This document shows, piece by piece, positions 1 through 9,978 of a stretch of DNA of 64,000 bases. The DNA comes from Candidatus Eremiobacteria bacterium (GTDB lineage: Bacteria > Vulcanimicrobiota > Vulcanimicrobiia > Vulcanimicrobiales > Vulcanimicrobiaceae). Both the position numbers and the translations under genes were made by a program. Each line of letters opens with the position of its first letter. Position 1 is the first letter of the stretch. Below the pieces are notes generated by a model that saw nothing but the letters and a program-made list of their open reading frames with translations, had not been told where the DNA came from and searched no databases. The stretch lies in the NCBI GenBank assembly GCA_963737065.1, contig CAVTRC010000002.1, positions 224,001 to 288,000 of the forward strand, read 5' to 3'.

Positions 1-2
1 TC

Positions 3-518
3 ATGCGTAAAGGCATCCAACTCGTCATCGACGGCCGCGACACCGAAATCATTCGTAAAGTGTTGGAGACGGAGGTCTCCAACGCGCAAGAGCAAGGCGC
101 AAAGGCCGAACAAGTTTTCATCAGTCTAGGCGGGTACTCGCCGACGCTCGGCATTATCGGTACGGTCCTCGGACTCATAGGCATGTTGAAATCGCTCGGT
201 GAAGCAAATCAGAGCACGAACATCGCGGGGTCGATCGGGACCGAAACGGCGGTTGCGTTCGTTGCGACGTTCTTCGGCATCATGTTCGCGAACTTACTGT
301 GGCTTCCGATCGGCAACAAGATCAAGGAACGCAACGGAGAGATGCTGCTGATGCGCGAGATCATGATCGAAGGCATTCTCGCGATTCAAGCCGGCGATAA
401 CCCGCGTCTGCTCGAAGAGAAACTTCTCGCGTTCCTCGATCCGAAAGAACGGGAAACCGAAATCGAAGAAGGCGGCGCCATGGCGGGCGAAGCCGGCTAC
501 TCTGCGTCGTCGGCATAG
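3..518 (+). CDS. motA: Flagellar stator protein MotA (5'-truncated by window edge)
   Basis: GGYSPTLGIIGTVLGLI and AFVATFFGI..ANL..LP TM motifs, EGILAIQAGDNPR; directly upstream of motB. Confidence 0.93.
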   Translation: MRKGIQLVIDGRDTEIIRKVLETEVSNAQEQGAKAEQVFISLGGYSPTLGIIGTVLGLIGMLKSLGEANQSTNIAGSIGTETAVAFVATFFGIMFANLLWLPIGNKIKERNGEMLLMREIMIEGILAIQAGDNPRLLEEKLLAFLDPKERETEIEEGGAMAGEAGYSASSA

Positions 519-529
519 CGTTATCGTCC

Positions 530-1312
530 GTGGCACAACCGATCAAAGCGGCCGCTCGCGCAGCCGAGTCGAATCTGCGCAAGAAGAAGTCCGAAGAAAA
601 ATTGGAGACGGCGGGCATGATGCGCTGGCTCCTGACGTACGCGGACATGATCACCCTCATGCTCGCGCTCTTTATTATTCTTTTCGCGATGTCGACGATC
701 AGCCGCGTCAAGGTGCAGGCATTTGCTAAGTCGGTATCGGGCGGGTTCGACAACGTATGGTCCGTGAATCAGCCGCCGAACGGCGGTGTGAACGGAGAGC
801 AATCGTTCGAAGCGACCTCGAGCATTCCGGCGATACAAAAGGAACTCGAAAAGTACGTCAAGCAGAACCATCTCGAAAATCAAGTGCAAGTACACGCCGG
901 CGCGCGCGGTCTGACGATTACGCTTTTGTCCGACGAGTCGTTCTATGATAGCGGCAGCGCGCAGTTGCGCCCCCAAACGCAGAAAATCATCGACGGAATT
1001 GCGCCGTTTATCAGGCGAAACGGCGACGAAATCGCGATCAACGGATTCGCCGACAACGTGCCGATTTCGACGCCGCAGTTCCCGACGAATTGGGAACTGT
1101 CGGCAGCGCGTGCGGTCGGCGTCGCCCGGCGTTTGGTCGAGAACGACGGCATGAATCCTCGACGCATAACCGCGGCCGCTTATGGAGAGTACCGGCCGCG
1201 TAATAACAACTCCACGGATGCAGAGCGCCAAGCGAACCGGCGCGTCGATATCGTATTGCTTCGCGGCAACGGTACTGCGGCGCCGAGTTCACGCCAAGAG
1301 AAAGGGCCGTAG
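530..1312 (+). CDS. motB: Flagellar stator protein MotB
   Basis: WLLTYADMITL TM helix with conserved Asp; OmpA-like domain NWELSAARA...NRRVDI. Confidence 0.95.
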   Translation: MAQPIKAAARAAESNLRKKKSEEKLETAGMMRWLLTYADMITLMLALFIILFAMSTISRVKVQAFAKSVSGGFDNVWSVNQPPNGGVNGEQSFEATSSIPAIQKELEKYVKQNHLENQVQVHAGARGLTITLLSDESFYDSGSAQLRPQTQKIIDGIAPFIRRNGDEIAINGFADNVPISTPQFPTNWELSAARAVGVARRLVENDGMNPRRITAAAYGEYRPRNNNSTDAERQANRRVDIVLLRGNGTAAPSSRQEKGP

Positions 1313-1321
1313 CTCCGCTGC

Positions 1322-2317
1322 ATGTCTAGTCTTTCACAAGAAGAGATTGATGCGCTCATCAATCAACTCTCCGGTACCGGGGGCGCCCCCGCGAAGGAAG
1401 CAATCGATGGACGACGCGTAAAGTCGTTCGATTTTCGCTTCAACAAGCGTCTCGACAAATTCACCAACAATCAGCTGCAGACGCTTCGGACGCTGCACGA
1501 GAACTTCACCCGCCTTCTCAATAACTCGCTCTCCGTCTACCTGCGTACACGAGTCGAAGCGACGATCGTCTCCATCGAGCAGATCAGCTACGGAGATTTC
1601 ATCGCATCGATCGGCATTCCGTCGATCCTCGGGATCTATTCGATGGATCCGCTGCCCGGCAGCGGCATCGTGCAGGTCGATCTCAACCTCGTTTTTTCCA
1701 TCATCGACCGTTTGCTCGGCGGTCCGGGTTGGTTCCCCAACAAGCTTCGCGACCTCACCGACATCGAGCGCACGCTGATGCAGCGGTTCATGGCGCGCAT
1801 GCTCAACAGCTACCGAGAGTCGTGGAACTATCTCTTGACGCTTTCGCTGAAGATCGAAGCGCTCGATTCGAATCCGCAGTTCATTCCACGCATCATTCCG
1901 CTCGACCAAGTCGTCGCGTACGTTTCGATGGAACTCAAGATCGGCGATATGGCGGGCATCATGAATTTCTGCTTGCCGTACCTCGTGCTGCAGTCGATTA
2001 GTACGCAACTCACCGATTTCCAATGGTCACCCACCGTGATGGCCGGACGCGGCATGACCGAAGAAGACATCGCGCAGCTCACGCGCAACGTCGAACGCGC
2101 CGGCGTCGAAGTACAGGTCGAACTCGGCCAGACGATGGTGTCGCTGCGCGATCTGGTGAGCCTGCGCGAAGGCGACATCGTGGTGTTCGACAAGCCGACC
2201 AGCGAGCCGTTATCGGCGCGCGTAAACGAGCGGGAGAAGTTCCGCGTGTTCCCCGGCATCAACAAAGAGCACTTGGCCGTGCAAGTTTCACGCGTCATAG
2301 CGAACGAGGACGAGTAA
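1322..2317 (+). CDS. fliM: Flagellar motor switch protein FliM
   Basis: N-terminal LSQEEIDAL CheY-P binding peptide, IIDRLLGG.G, LTDIE, SNPQF, C-terminal SpoA domain. Confidence 0.95.
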   Translation: MSSLSQEEIDALINQLSGTGGAPAKEAIDGRRVKSFDFRFNKRLDKFTNNQLQTLRTLHENFTRLLNNSLSVYLRTRVEATIVSIEQISYGDFIASIGIPSILGIYSMDPLPGSGIVQVDLNLVFSIIDRLLGGPGWFPNKLRDLTDIERTLMQRFMARMLNSYRESWNYLLTLSLKIEALDSNPQFIPRIIPLDQVVAYVSMELKIGDMAGIMNFCLPYLVLQSISTQLTDFQWSPTVMAGRGMTEEDIAQLTRNVERAGVEVQVELGQTMVSLRDLVSLREGDIVVFDKPTSEPLSARVNEREKFRVFPGINKEHLAVQVSRVIANEDE

Positions 2318-2320
2318 TCC

Positions 2321-3238
2321 ATGCCCGATACACAACAGCTTGCCGATGCGATGCTCGCCGCCGCCGGATCCGTTCTCGGCCGGTTGGTGGAAACACCGCC
2401 GTCGATCAGTCGCGCGACGCGGCACGATCACGAGGGATCGATTCACACCGACGGTGAGGAGCTCGTAACGATCGCCGAAATCCCGTCCGTCGGCGCGCAA
2501 GTCGTCGTTCGTTTTCGAACCTCGGACATGCAGCAGATCGTCGGGCTCATGCTCGGCGGCACCGACGACATGGGTGAAATGGGACCGATGCAACTTTCGA
2601 TTGCTTCGGAAACCGTATCGCAGATCGCATCCGCGATGGTCGAAGCGCTCGCGAAAGGTGTCGGCACGTCAACTGACGGCGTGCACGCTGCGCTGTGCAG
2701 TGACGCAACGCTGCTTCCGCCGCCGCCGTTCGAATCGTATGACGGTACGGTCAGCATCGACGGCGATTTGTCGCCGAAGATCAGCATCGACTTCGCCGCT
2801 ATCACGCTCTCGAAACTGGGGCTCGGCATGGGACAAAGCGCATCTGCGGCGCCCGAACCGGCGCACGTTCGCGAACCGGAACCCGTCGCCGTGGCGCCCG
2901 CGAAGCAGAAAGCAGCTGCGACCCCGGCCAATGCGCAAACCGTAGAATACACATCGATGCAGCCGACGCACGTCCGTGCCGCGCAACCTGGTCAGGCCAA
3001 CCTCGATCTGGTCCACGACGTGCCGCTGCAGATCAGCGCGGTCCTCGGCAAAACCGTAATGCCCCTGCGCGAAGTCGTGTCGTTTGCATCCGGAACGGTG
3101 TTCGAGTTGGACAAACTTGCAGCGGAGCCGATCGATCTGTACGTCAACAACATCTTGATTGCGCGCGGTGAAGTCGTCGTCGTCGACGACAAATACGCGG
3201 TGAAGATCTCTGAACTCAATCCCCAAGTAGGAACGTAA
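2321..3238 (+). CDS. fliY: FliY/FliN switch protein (CheC-like N-domain + FliN C-domain)
   Basis: C-terminal NLDLVHDVPLQI..VLG...IARGEVVVVDD.YAVKI FliN domain; CheC-like N-terminal half; follows fliM. Confidence 0.85.
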   Translation: MPDTQQLADAMLAAAGSVLGRLVETPPSISRATRHDHEGSIHTDGEELVTIAEIPSVGAQVVVRFRTSDMQQIVGLMLGGTDDMGEMGPMQLSIASETVSQIASAMVEALAKGVGTSTDGVHAALCSDATLLPPPPFESYDGTVSIDGDLSPKISIDFAAITLSKLGLGMGQSASAAPEPAHVREPEPVAVAPAKQKAAATPANAQTVEYTSMQPTHVRAAQPGQANLDLVHDVPLQISAVLGKTVMPLREVVSFASGTVFELDKLAAEPIDLYVNNILIARGEVVVVDDKYAVKISELNPQVGT

Positions 3239-3289
3239 CGCGTCCGCGCGTCGCCTCGATGAAACGCGCATGCCGTTAATCTGATTTGT

Positions 3290-3643
3290 ATGTCCGGAAA
3301 TTTCTGGGTTAATTATATCCTCGCGCTTGCGGTCGTCGCCCTTATGCTCGGCGGCCTCTATGCGCTCGTGCGCGGTCTCGCGCGCGGGCGCGTTCTCTCT
3401 TCGGCGGATCGCCGTCTTGTAACCGTGCTAGAATCGACTGCGCTTGGTCAGCACACGGCGGTGCACGTCGTCAAGGTCGGAAACAATTACTTTCTGCTCG
3501 GTGCCGGCAATGGCCATGTAACGGCGCTTGGTGAACTGGGATGCAACGATGTCGAAACGTGGCTCGCTGAACAACGCACGTTGATCGGCGTTCAACGCGC
3601 ATCGCTCGTCGATGCCTTCAAGTTCTTGCGCGGGAAACAGTAG
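3290..3643 (+). CDS. fliO: Flagellar biosynthesis protein FliO/FliZ
   Basis: N-terminal TM then VLESTALG...VVKVG..YFLLG; position between fliN and fliP. Confidence 0.85.
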   Translation: MSGNFWVNYILALAVVALMLGGLYALVRGLARGRVLSSADRRLVTVLESTALGQHTAVHVVKVGNNYFLLGAGNGHVTALGELGCNDVETWLAEQRTLIGVQRASLVDAFKFLRGKQ

Positions 3644-3645
3644 CG

Positions 3646-4455
3646 GTGCGCGAGATCGTCAAACAGCTCTGGGCGCGCCATGGCGCCGTGCTTCTGTGCG
3701 CCGCGTTCGCCGTTTTCACGATGTGGGTCGTACCGGCGATCGCGACCGCGCAAACGGCGCCGACCACGCCGGCGGTTCCCATTCCGCAGGTGAATATCGG
3801 CGTCGGGCAGGCCAAGAGCCCGCAGCAAGTCGTCGGCGCGTTGCAGATCCTCTTGCTGCTAACGGTGCTCGCGTTAGCACCGACGCTGCTCGTCATGGTC
3901 ACGTCTTTTACGCGCATCATCGTCGTGCTCTCATTTGTCCGCACCGCTATGGGCACGCAGAGCGTTCCGCCGAATCAGGTGCTGGTCGGCCTTGCGCTGC
4001 TCCTGACGTTTTTCGTGATGAACCCGGTGATTCGCGACGTCAACGCGAACGCCGTGCAGCCGTATCTCAAGAACCAGATCACGCAGCCTGTTGCACTGGA
4101 TCGTGCAATGACGCCGCTGCGCGCGTTCATGTTCAAGCAGACGCGTGAGAAAGACATTCAGCTCTTTTACTCGATTTCGAAAGAACCGCAGCCAGCCTCG
4201 CAAAAGGACGTCCCGACCTACCTGTTGATTCCCGCCTTCGTTCTCTCGGAGTTGAAGACCGCGTTTGAGATCGGCTTTGCGATCTACATTCCGTTCATCG
4301 TCATCGACATGGTCATCGCAAGCATCTTGCTCAGCATGGGCATGATGATGATCCCGCCGGTCATCATCTCGCTGCCGTTCAAGATCCTCATCTTTATCCT
4401 GGTCGACGGCTGGGATTTAACCGTGAGCGCGCTTTTCCAGAGTTTTCATCCCTAA
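3646..4455 (+). CDS. fliP: Flagellar export gate protein FliP
   Basis: TSFTRIIVVLS..R.AMGTQ..PPNQVL, PAFVLSELKTAF.IGF, SLPFKIL.F.LVDGW. Confidence 0.97.
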   Translation: MREIVKQLWARHGAVLLCAAFAVFTMWVVPAIATAQTAPTTPAVPIPQVNIGVGQAKSPQQVVGALQILLLLTVLALAPTLLVMVTSFTRIIVVLSFVRTAMGTQSVPPNQVLVGLALLLTFFVMNPVIRDVNANAVQPYLKNQITQPVALDRAMTPLRAFMFKQTREKDIQLFYSISKEPQPASQKDVPTYLLIPAFVLSELKTAFEIGFAIYIPFIVIDMVIASILLSMGMMMIPPVIISLPFKILIFILVDGWDLTVSALFQSFHP

Positions 4456-4510
4456 TGAAGATGCACGTTGCGCATTTTCCACTACGCGGTGGGCCCCGCG
4501 GAGCTTCGCT

Positions 4511-4780
4511 GTGAATTTCTCGGACGCGATTACGATAGGGCGCGAAGCGATCTTCATCGCGTTCTGCGCTGCGGGTCCGGTACTGCTGCTCAGCATGATC
4601 GTCGGGCTTGTCGTTTCGCTGTTTCAATCGGTGACGCAGATTCAGGAGCCTACGCTTGCGTTCATTCCGAAGATCGTCGTGTCCGCACTGGCGCTGCTGT
4701 TTTTCGGGCCGTTCATGCTCGCGATGCTGACCGACTTTACGTCGCGCATTTTCTCGAGTATTCCGAATTTCGTCAGGTAG
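4511..4780 (+). CDS. fliQ: Flagellar export gate protein FliQ
   Basis: VGLVVSLFQSVTQIQEPTLAFIPK signature. Confidence 0.97.
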   Translation: MNFSDAITIGREAIFIAFCAAGPVLLLSMIVGLVVSLFQSVTQIQEPTLAFIPKIVVSALALLFFGPFMLAMLTDFTSRIFSSIPNFVR

Positions 4781-4798
4781 GCGGAGGCGCTTCCTACG

Positions 4799-5578
4799 AT
4801 GGTTGACGTCTTCGGGCTGAGCGGCGCACAATTCGAGACCTTCGTGTTGGTCTTTTTGCGGGTGACGAGCATGCTCTACGTCTTTCCCGTGTTCTCGGCA
4901 CCGCAGATTCCGCCACAGTTGCGGTTTGGATTCGGGGTGATACTGTCGTATCTGCTCTACCGAATCGTTCCGCCAGTGCATCTCTCAAACGGCATCTACG
5001 ATCTGATCCTCGCCGGCGCGAGTCAAATCATGCTCGGCATGGTCGTCGGGTTTGTCGCGTCTCTGGTCTTCACCGGAATTCAGTTCGCGGGTGAATTGAT
5101 CGACTTGCAAATCGGCTTTGCCATCGCGAACGTCATCAACCCGCAGACTCAGCAAAACGTGACGATTATCGGCGAATTTCAACTCGCGATCGCGACGCTG
5201 ATCTTTCTCGCGACGAATTCACACTACTTTTTGATTCAAGGGATAGCGGGCTCGTTCAACCTCGTCCCGCTCCCCTACATTTCACCGGATCCTAGTCTCG
5301 CGGGAAACATCACGCTCTTTTTTACGCAAGCGTTTCTCATCGTGTTCCGCATCGCCGCGCCGGTCGTTGCGGCGCTCTTTCTGACAAACGTGGCGCTTGC
5401 GTTCCTAGCCCGCGTCGCACCGCAGATGAACGTCTTCGTCGTCGGCCTTCCCGTTCAGATTGGCGTCGGCCTCATCATGATGGCCGTCAGCCTTCCGCTG
5501 ATGGCGACGGTTGGACCCGAGTTATTCCAAACGGTCGCGCAACAAATGGACGCCGTAATGCGCAGCCTCCACGGCTAA
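4799..5578 (+). CDS. fliR: Flagellar export gate protein FliR
   Basis: AGELIDLQIGF..A...NP, LARVAPQMNVFVVGLP. Confidence 0.96.
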   Translation: MVDVFGLSGAQFETFVLVFLRVTSMLYVFPVFSAPQIPPQLRFGFGVILSYLLYRIVPPVHLSNGIYDLILAGASQIMLGMVVGFVASLVFTGIQFAGELIDLQIGFAIANVINPQTQQNVTIIGEFQLAIATLIFLATNSHYFLIQGIAGSFNLVPLPYISPDPSLAGNITLFFTQAFLIVFRIAAPVVAALFLTNVALAFLARVAPQMNVFVVGLPVQIGVGLIMMAVSLPLMATVGPELFQTVAQQMDAVMRSLHG

Positions 5579-5591
5579 TCGCGTTAGGCGG

Positions 5592-6617
5592 CTAGAAATA
5601 CCGGAATTGTCCGACTTTCGAGGCGGCTTGCTCGGTGAAGTAGACCTCGTTGTCCGGGCCGAGCGAAACCCACCATGGAACCGAGGCGCTCGTCTTTGTT
5701 GCGAACGTCGTAACTTTGCCGGTGCTCGGGATGAATTGCGCGATTGCGCTCCCCTGCGAATCCGCGATGTAGTAGTTGCCGTCGATACCGGCCGTGAGTC
5801 CGAACGGCGCCTTCACGCCGCCGAGCGTCGTTTCGGAGCTCAGCACACCGGAGGTCGTCATGCGTCCGATTTTGTCGCTGCTCGTTTCGGTGAACCAGAG
5901 CGCGTTGTCCGTACCCTGAATGATCACGCCGCCGCCGCTCAGGCTGCCCGAAAGTCCGCCGTACTCAATCACGCCCGTTGTGGGCGCTTGCGCGGGAGCG
6001 ATGGTGCCCACTTTGTTCGAAAACGTGTCGAGAAACCACAGGGCGCCGTTTGCACCGGCCGTGATCGAGGTCGGCTTCGATCCCGCCGGAAGCCCGTAGA
6101 AGGTCGGGATGCCCGCCGTCGTCACGTGCCAGATGCCCGGATTGGTCGCCGACTGGTCGGTCACCCACAGCGCACCGTCTGGTCCACTGACGATGCCCCA
6201 CGGGCGTGAGGCCAAACCGAGCGGAAATTCCGTGAAGATGCCGGTGGTCGTGATCCGGCCGATCTGTCCGATAGCGGATTCGGTGAACCATAACGCGCCG
6301 TCGGGTCCGGTTGTAATGGTTAACGGCTTCGAGTTGGCGCTGGGGACCGTATATTCGCTGACCTGAGCCAGCTGATTGAGTTGGCCGATCTTATTGACGG
6401 CCGTCTCCGTGAACCAAAGGCTCGAGTTTGGCCCGGTAACGATGCCGCCCGGCTGGGCTGCCGACGTTTGCGTTGGGTACTCGCTTGAAACGAATGGCGT
6501 GATCGTCGGCGCCGGCGTCGCGGTGCCGCTCGTTATCGGGGTGGTTTTGCCGCACGCGGCCAGCAGGACGGCCGCAAACGCGCCGGCTAGCGAGGCCAGC
6601 GCTAATTTCGAACTCAT
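5592..6617 (-). CDS. Vgb (virginiamycin B lyase)-like beta-propeller lipoprotein
   Basis: Lipobox LLAAC; seven repeats of P..I..GPDGALWFTE...KIGR. Confidence 0.85.
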   Translation of the reverse strand: MSSKLALASLAGAFAAVLLAACGKTTPITSGTATPAPTITPFVSSEYPTQTSAAQPGGIVTGPNSSLWFTETAVNKIGQLNQLAQVSEYTVPSANSKPLTITTGPDGALWFTESAIGQIGRITTTGIFTEFPLGLASRPWGIVSGPDGALWVTDQSATNPGIWHVTTAGIPTFYGLPAGSKPTSITAGANGALWFLDTFSNKVGTIAPAQAPTTGVIEYGGLSGSLSGGGVIIQGTDNALWFTETSSDKIGRMTTSGVLSSETTLGGVKAPFGLTAGIDGNYYIADSQGSAIAQFIPSTGKVTTFATKTSASVPWWVSLGPDNEVYFTEQAASKVGQFRYF

Positions 6618-6762
6618 CTGTTACGGGTCTTCCTTTCGGGTCAGCTCCCTTATTAGCACAGCGCGGCGCGGCTCCCCCTGTGACCCACAGCCCGAGCTAG
6701 CGTCTCAGGCTTGCGGGGGCCGCACCCGACAACTGTAGGGAGCATGCTCGTCACCGTCGCCG

Positions 6763-7830
6763 ATGGCTAAGCCGGAGCAAACCGAAAAGGCCACTCCAAA
6801 GCGACGCGAGGAAGCACGCGGCAAAGGCCAAGTCCCACGCAGTACGGAGTTGGCCGCCGGCGTGATCTTCCTCGCGGTCGTTCTCGTTCTGCATGCGTTC
6901 TTCGCGCCGATCATGGATTCGCTTGAGGGCTCCACGCGCGGATATTTTTCGCGCATCGGTGATATGCATTCAGACCTCACGATCCATTCCGTGGGCGGCT
7001 TCTTCATTCAAGCCGCATCCGGCGTGATGCTGGTCGTCCTCGTTGTGTTCGCGCTCGCGTTTTTCTTCGGCATCGTCGTCAATATCGCGCAATTCGGTTT
7101 TCTTTTCACATTGAACTCGATCAAGCCGTCGCTAGGAAAACTGAATCCGGTCAACGGCTTCAAGAACATGTTCAGCAAACGCATCGCCGTCAATCTGGGC
7201 AAGCAGCTGCTGAAGCTCGCCGCCGTCGCGATCATTCTGTACGTCGAGATCGCGAAGAACATCTCGTTTTTCGCGCAGGCCGGTCAAATGTCGCCCGCCG
7301 GCACGATCGAAAGCATGATGAATCTCATTTACGGCATCGCGTGGAAGTTCGGTTTACTTCTCGTCGTGGTCGGGCTGCTCGACTATGCCTACGAACGGTG
7401 GCAACTCGAAGAGAACTTGAAGATGACCAAACAAGAAGTCAAGGACGAGTGGCGGCAATCGGAAGGCAATCCCGAAGCGAAGGGTGCGATGAAGAAGCGG
7501 CAACGCGAGTCATCCCGCAGGCGGATGATGCAAGCCGTACCGCGCGCGACCGTCATCGTTACGAACCCCACGCACTTTGCCGTGGCATTGCAGTGGGACG
7601 AAGCGCAGATGGAAGCCCCGGTCGTCATCGCAAAAGGCGCCGACTTACTCGCAAAGCGCATCCGCGACATCGCGCGCGAACACAATATTCCGATCATGGA
7701 GAATCCGCCGCTTGCGCGGACGCTCTACGACAAAGTCGAACTCGATCGAGCGATCCCGCCAAATCTCTATGCAGCGGTCGCGCAGGTCATTGCGTTCGTC
7801 TACAAACTTAAGAGGAAGACGATAGCTTAA
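6763..7830 (+). CDS. flhB: Flagellar export protein FlhB
   Basis: EQTEKATPKRR..AR.KGQ, KMTKQEVKDE, NPTH autocleavage motif. Confidence 0.97.
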   Translation: MAKPEQTEKATPKRREEARGKGQVPRSTELAAGVIFLAVVLVLHAFFAPIMDSLEGSTRGYFSRIGDMHSDLTIHSVGGFFIQAASGVMLVVLVVFALAFFFGIVVNIAQFGFLFTLNSIKPSLGKLNPVNGFKNMFSKRIAVNLGKQLLKLAAVAIILYVEIAKNISFFAQAGQMSPAGTIESMMNLIYGIAWKFGLLLVVVGLLDYAYERWQLEENLKMTKQEVKDEWRQSEGNPEAKGAMKKRQRESSRRRMMQAVPRATVIVTNPTHFAVALQWDEAQMEAPVVIAKGADLLAKRIRDIAREHNIPIMENPPLARTLYDKVELDRAIPPNLYAAVAQVIAFVYKLKRKTIA

Positions 7831-9977
7831 TGGCAGTTCAAGGCGCTCCCGCCGGGCAGATGCAAGGCGGCGGATCGCTCGCACAGCGGCTCGGCACCGC
7901 GGCCCCGATCTTGATCGCGGGCGCGTCGGTCATGCTCGTCCTCCTCATGATCGTGCCGATCCCGGCGTTCGTGCTCGACGTGTTGTTGACGGTGAACATT
8001 TGCCTCGCGCTCGTCATCATCGGGACCGCGCTTTATACGGAGAACGCGCTCGCATTCTCGGCGTTTCCGACGCTGCTGTTGATCATCACGCTCTTCCGCC
8101 TTTCGCTCAACATCACGGCGACACGATCGATTCTCTTACACGGCTATGCCGGCGCCGTCATCGACTTTTTCGGACAGATCGTGATCGGCGGCAACTACGC
8201 CGTGGGTTTCGTGATCTTCCTCATTCTTATCATCATTCAGTTCGTCGTTATCACGAACGGTGCGGGCCGTGTCGCCGAAGTCGCGGCACGTTTCACGTTG
8301 GACGCGATGCCCGGCAAGCAACTTGCGATCGACGCGGACTTGAACGCCGGATTGATCACGGAAGCGGAAGCGCGTCAGCGCCGCAAAGACATTCAGCGCG
8401 CCGCCGACTTCTATGGCGCGATGGACGGCGCGAGCAAATTCGTGCGCGGCGATGCGATTGCGGCGGTCATCATCGTCGCGATCAACACGATCGGCGGGTT
8501 CATCGTCGGTATCGCGCAGCAGCATCTGGACGTGATGACGTCGCTGCAAAAGTTTACGTTATTGACCGTCGGTGAAGGCATCGTCACGCAAGTCCCCGCG
8601 CTCTTGATCTCCACGGCGACCGGTATCATCGTGACTCGCGCCGCGGCCGAATCAGACTTCGGCAGCGACATTACGAAGCAACTTTCATCGCAACCGACGG
8701 CGCTGCTCATTGCGGCGATTATGACGGCCCTCTTCGGGCTTGCCGGGCTCGATCGCTGGCTGCTGCTCACGGCATCGGCGACGCTCTTCGCATTGTACTT
8801 CGCCCGCCGGCGCACGGCGCAGAGAGCGATCGCAAATCTGCCGCCCGGAGCGGTGCCCGGCGCGATCGCCGGTGCGACGAGTGCTTCTGCTGTACCGAAG
8901 CCGGCGGAGAGCGTCGTTCCGCTCCTCTCGTACGATCCGATGGAGCTCGAGATCGGCTTCGGCTTGATTCCGCTCGTCGACGTCAATCAAGGCGGCGATC
9001 TGCTCGAACGGATCACCTTGATCCGCCGTCACGCCGCGCGCGATCTCGGCATCGTCGTGCCGCCGATTCGCGTGCGCGACAATTTGCAGTTGCGCCCGAA
9101 CACGTACACCGTCAAGATCTACGGACTCGAAGTTGCCCACGCCGAGGTAATGGTGAGCCGTTTGCTTGCGATGAACCCCGGGACCGCAACGGCGCCTATC
9201 GACGGCATTCCAACGACGGAACCCGCGTTCGGACTACCTGCACTGTGGATCGCCGAAAACGCGCGCGCGGAAGCGGAGATGGCCGGATACACCGTCATTG
9301 ACCCGACGAGCGTCATAGCGACGCATCTTACGGAACTGATCAAGGGACATGCGCCTGAGTTGCTCGGACGTCAAGAGACGTCTGCGCTGCTCGACAACAT
9401 CAAATCGCATTACCCCGTCGTCGTTGACGAACTCGTTCCGACGCTCCTGACGGTTGGCGAAGTGCAACGCGTCTTGCAGAATCTGCTGCGCGAGCGAATT
9501 CCCGTACGCAATCTCGTATTGATTCTCGAGACGCTTGCGGACGCGGGGCGCGTAAGCAAAGACATCGATTTCCTTACCGAGAAAGTACGAGCGGCGCTCG
9601 CTCGCCACATCTCCGCAGAGTACGCTGAGAACGGCTTACTGTCGGTCATTACGGTCGATCCGCGGCTGGAGTCGTTGCTCTCGGAAGCGGTGCGCCGCGG
9701 CGAGGACGCCTATGCGTTACTCGACCCGAACACCGTCTCGCGCATCTATGCGTCGCTGACGCGCCAAATCGGCACCGCGCAGAACGCAGGTCTTGCGCCG
9801 ATCGTTCTCTGTTCTCCGGCGGTACGGCTCGCGCTCAAGCGGCTTACAGAACGCGCGGCGCCGCAGTTGGTCGTTCTTTCGTATTCTGAGATCGCGCCGG
9901 GTCTGCGTGTCGAGTCGATCGGACAGATTTCCACCACCGAAGACGCAGCGGATCCGGTAGCATCAGCAACACGTTGA
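7830..9977 (+). CDS. flhA: Flagellar export protein FlhA
   Basis: GAGRVAEVAARFTLDAMPGKQ.AIDADL, FYGAMDGASKFV.GD. Confidence 0.97.
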   Translation: MAVQGAPAGQMQGGGSLAQRLGTAAPILIAGASVMLVLLMIVPIPAFVLDVLLTVNICLALVIIGTALYTENALAFSAFPTLLLIITLFRLSLNITATRSILLHGYAGAVIDFFGQIVIGGNYAVGFVIFLILIIIQFVVITNGAGRVAEVAARFTLDAMPGKQLAIDADLNAGLITEAEARQRRKDIQRAADFYGAMDGASKFVRGDAIAAVIIVAINTIGGFIVGIAQQHLDVMTSLQKFTLLTVGEGIVTQVPALLISTATGIIVTRAAAESDFGSDITKQLSSQPTALLIAAIMTALFGLAGLDRWLLLTASATLFALYFARRRTAQRAIANLPPGAVPGAIAGATSASAVPKPAESVVPLLSYDPMELEIGFGLIPLVDVNQGGDLLERITLIRRHAARDLGIVVPPIRVRDNLQLRPNTYTVKIYGLEVAHAEVMVSRLLAMNPGTATAPIDGIPTTEPAFGLPALWIAENARAEAEMAGYTVIDPTSVIATHLTELIKGHAPELLGRQETSALLDNIKSHYPVVVDELVPTLLTVGEVQRVLQNLLRERIPVRNLVLILETLADAGRVSKDIDFLTEKVRAALARHISAEYAENGLLSVITVDPRLESLLSEAVRRGEDAYALLDPNTVSRIYASLTRQIGTAQNAGLAPIVLCSPAVRLALKRLTERAAPQLVVLSYSEIAPGLRVESIGQISTTEDAADPVASATR

Positions 9978-9978
9978 C

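Noticed and set aside
620..700. Ion specificity of MotB from its TM sequence
   Set aside because: FIILF is intermediate between H+-type FIVLY and Na+-type FILLF; cannot be called
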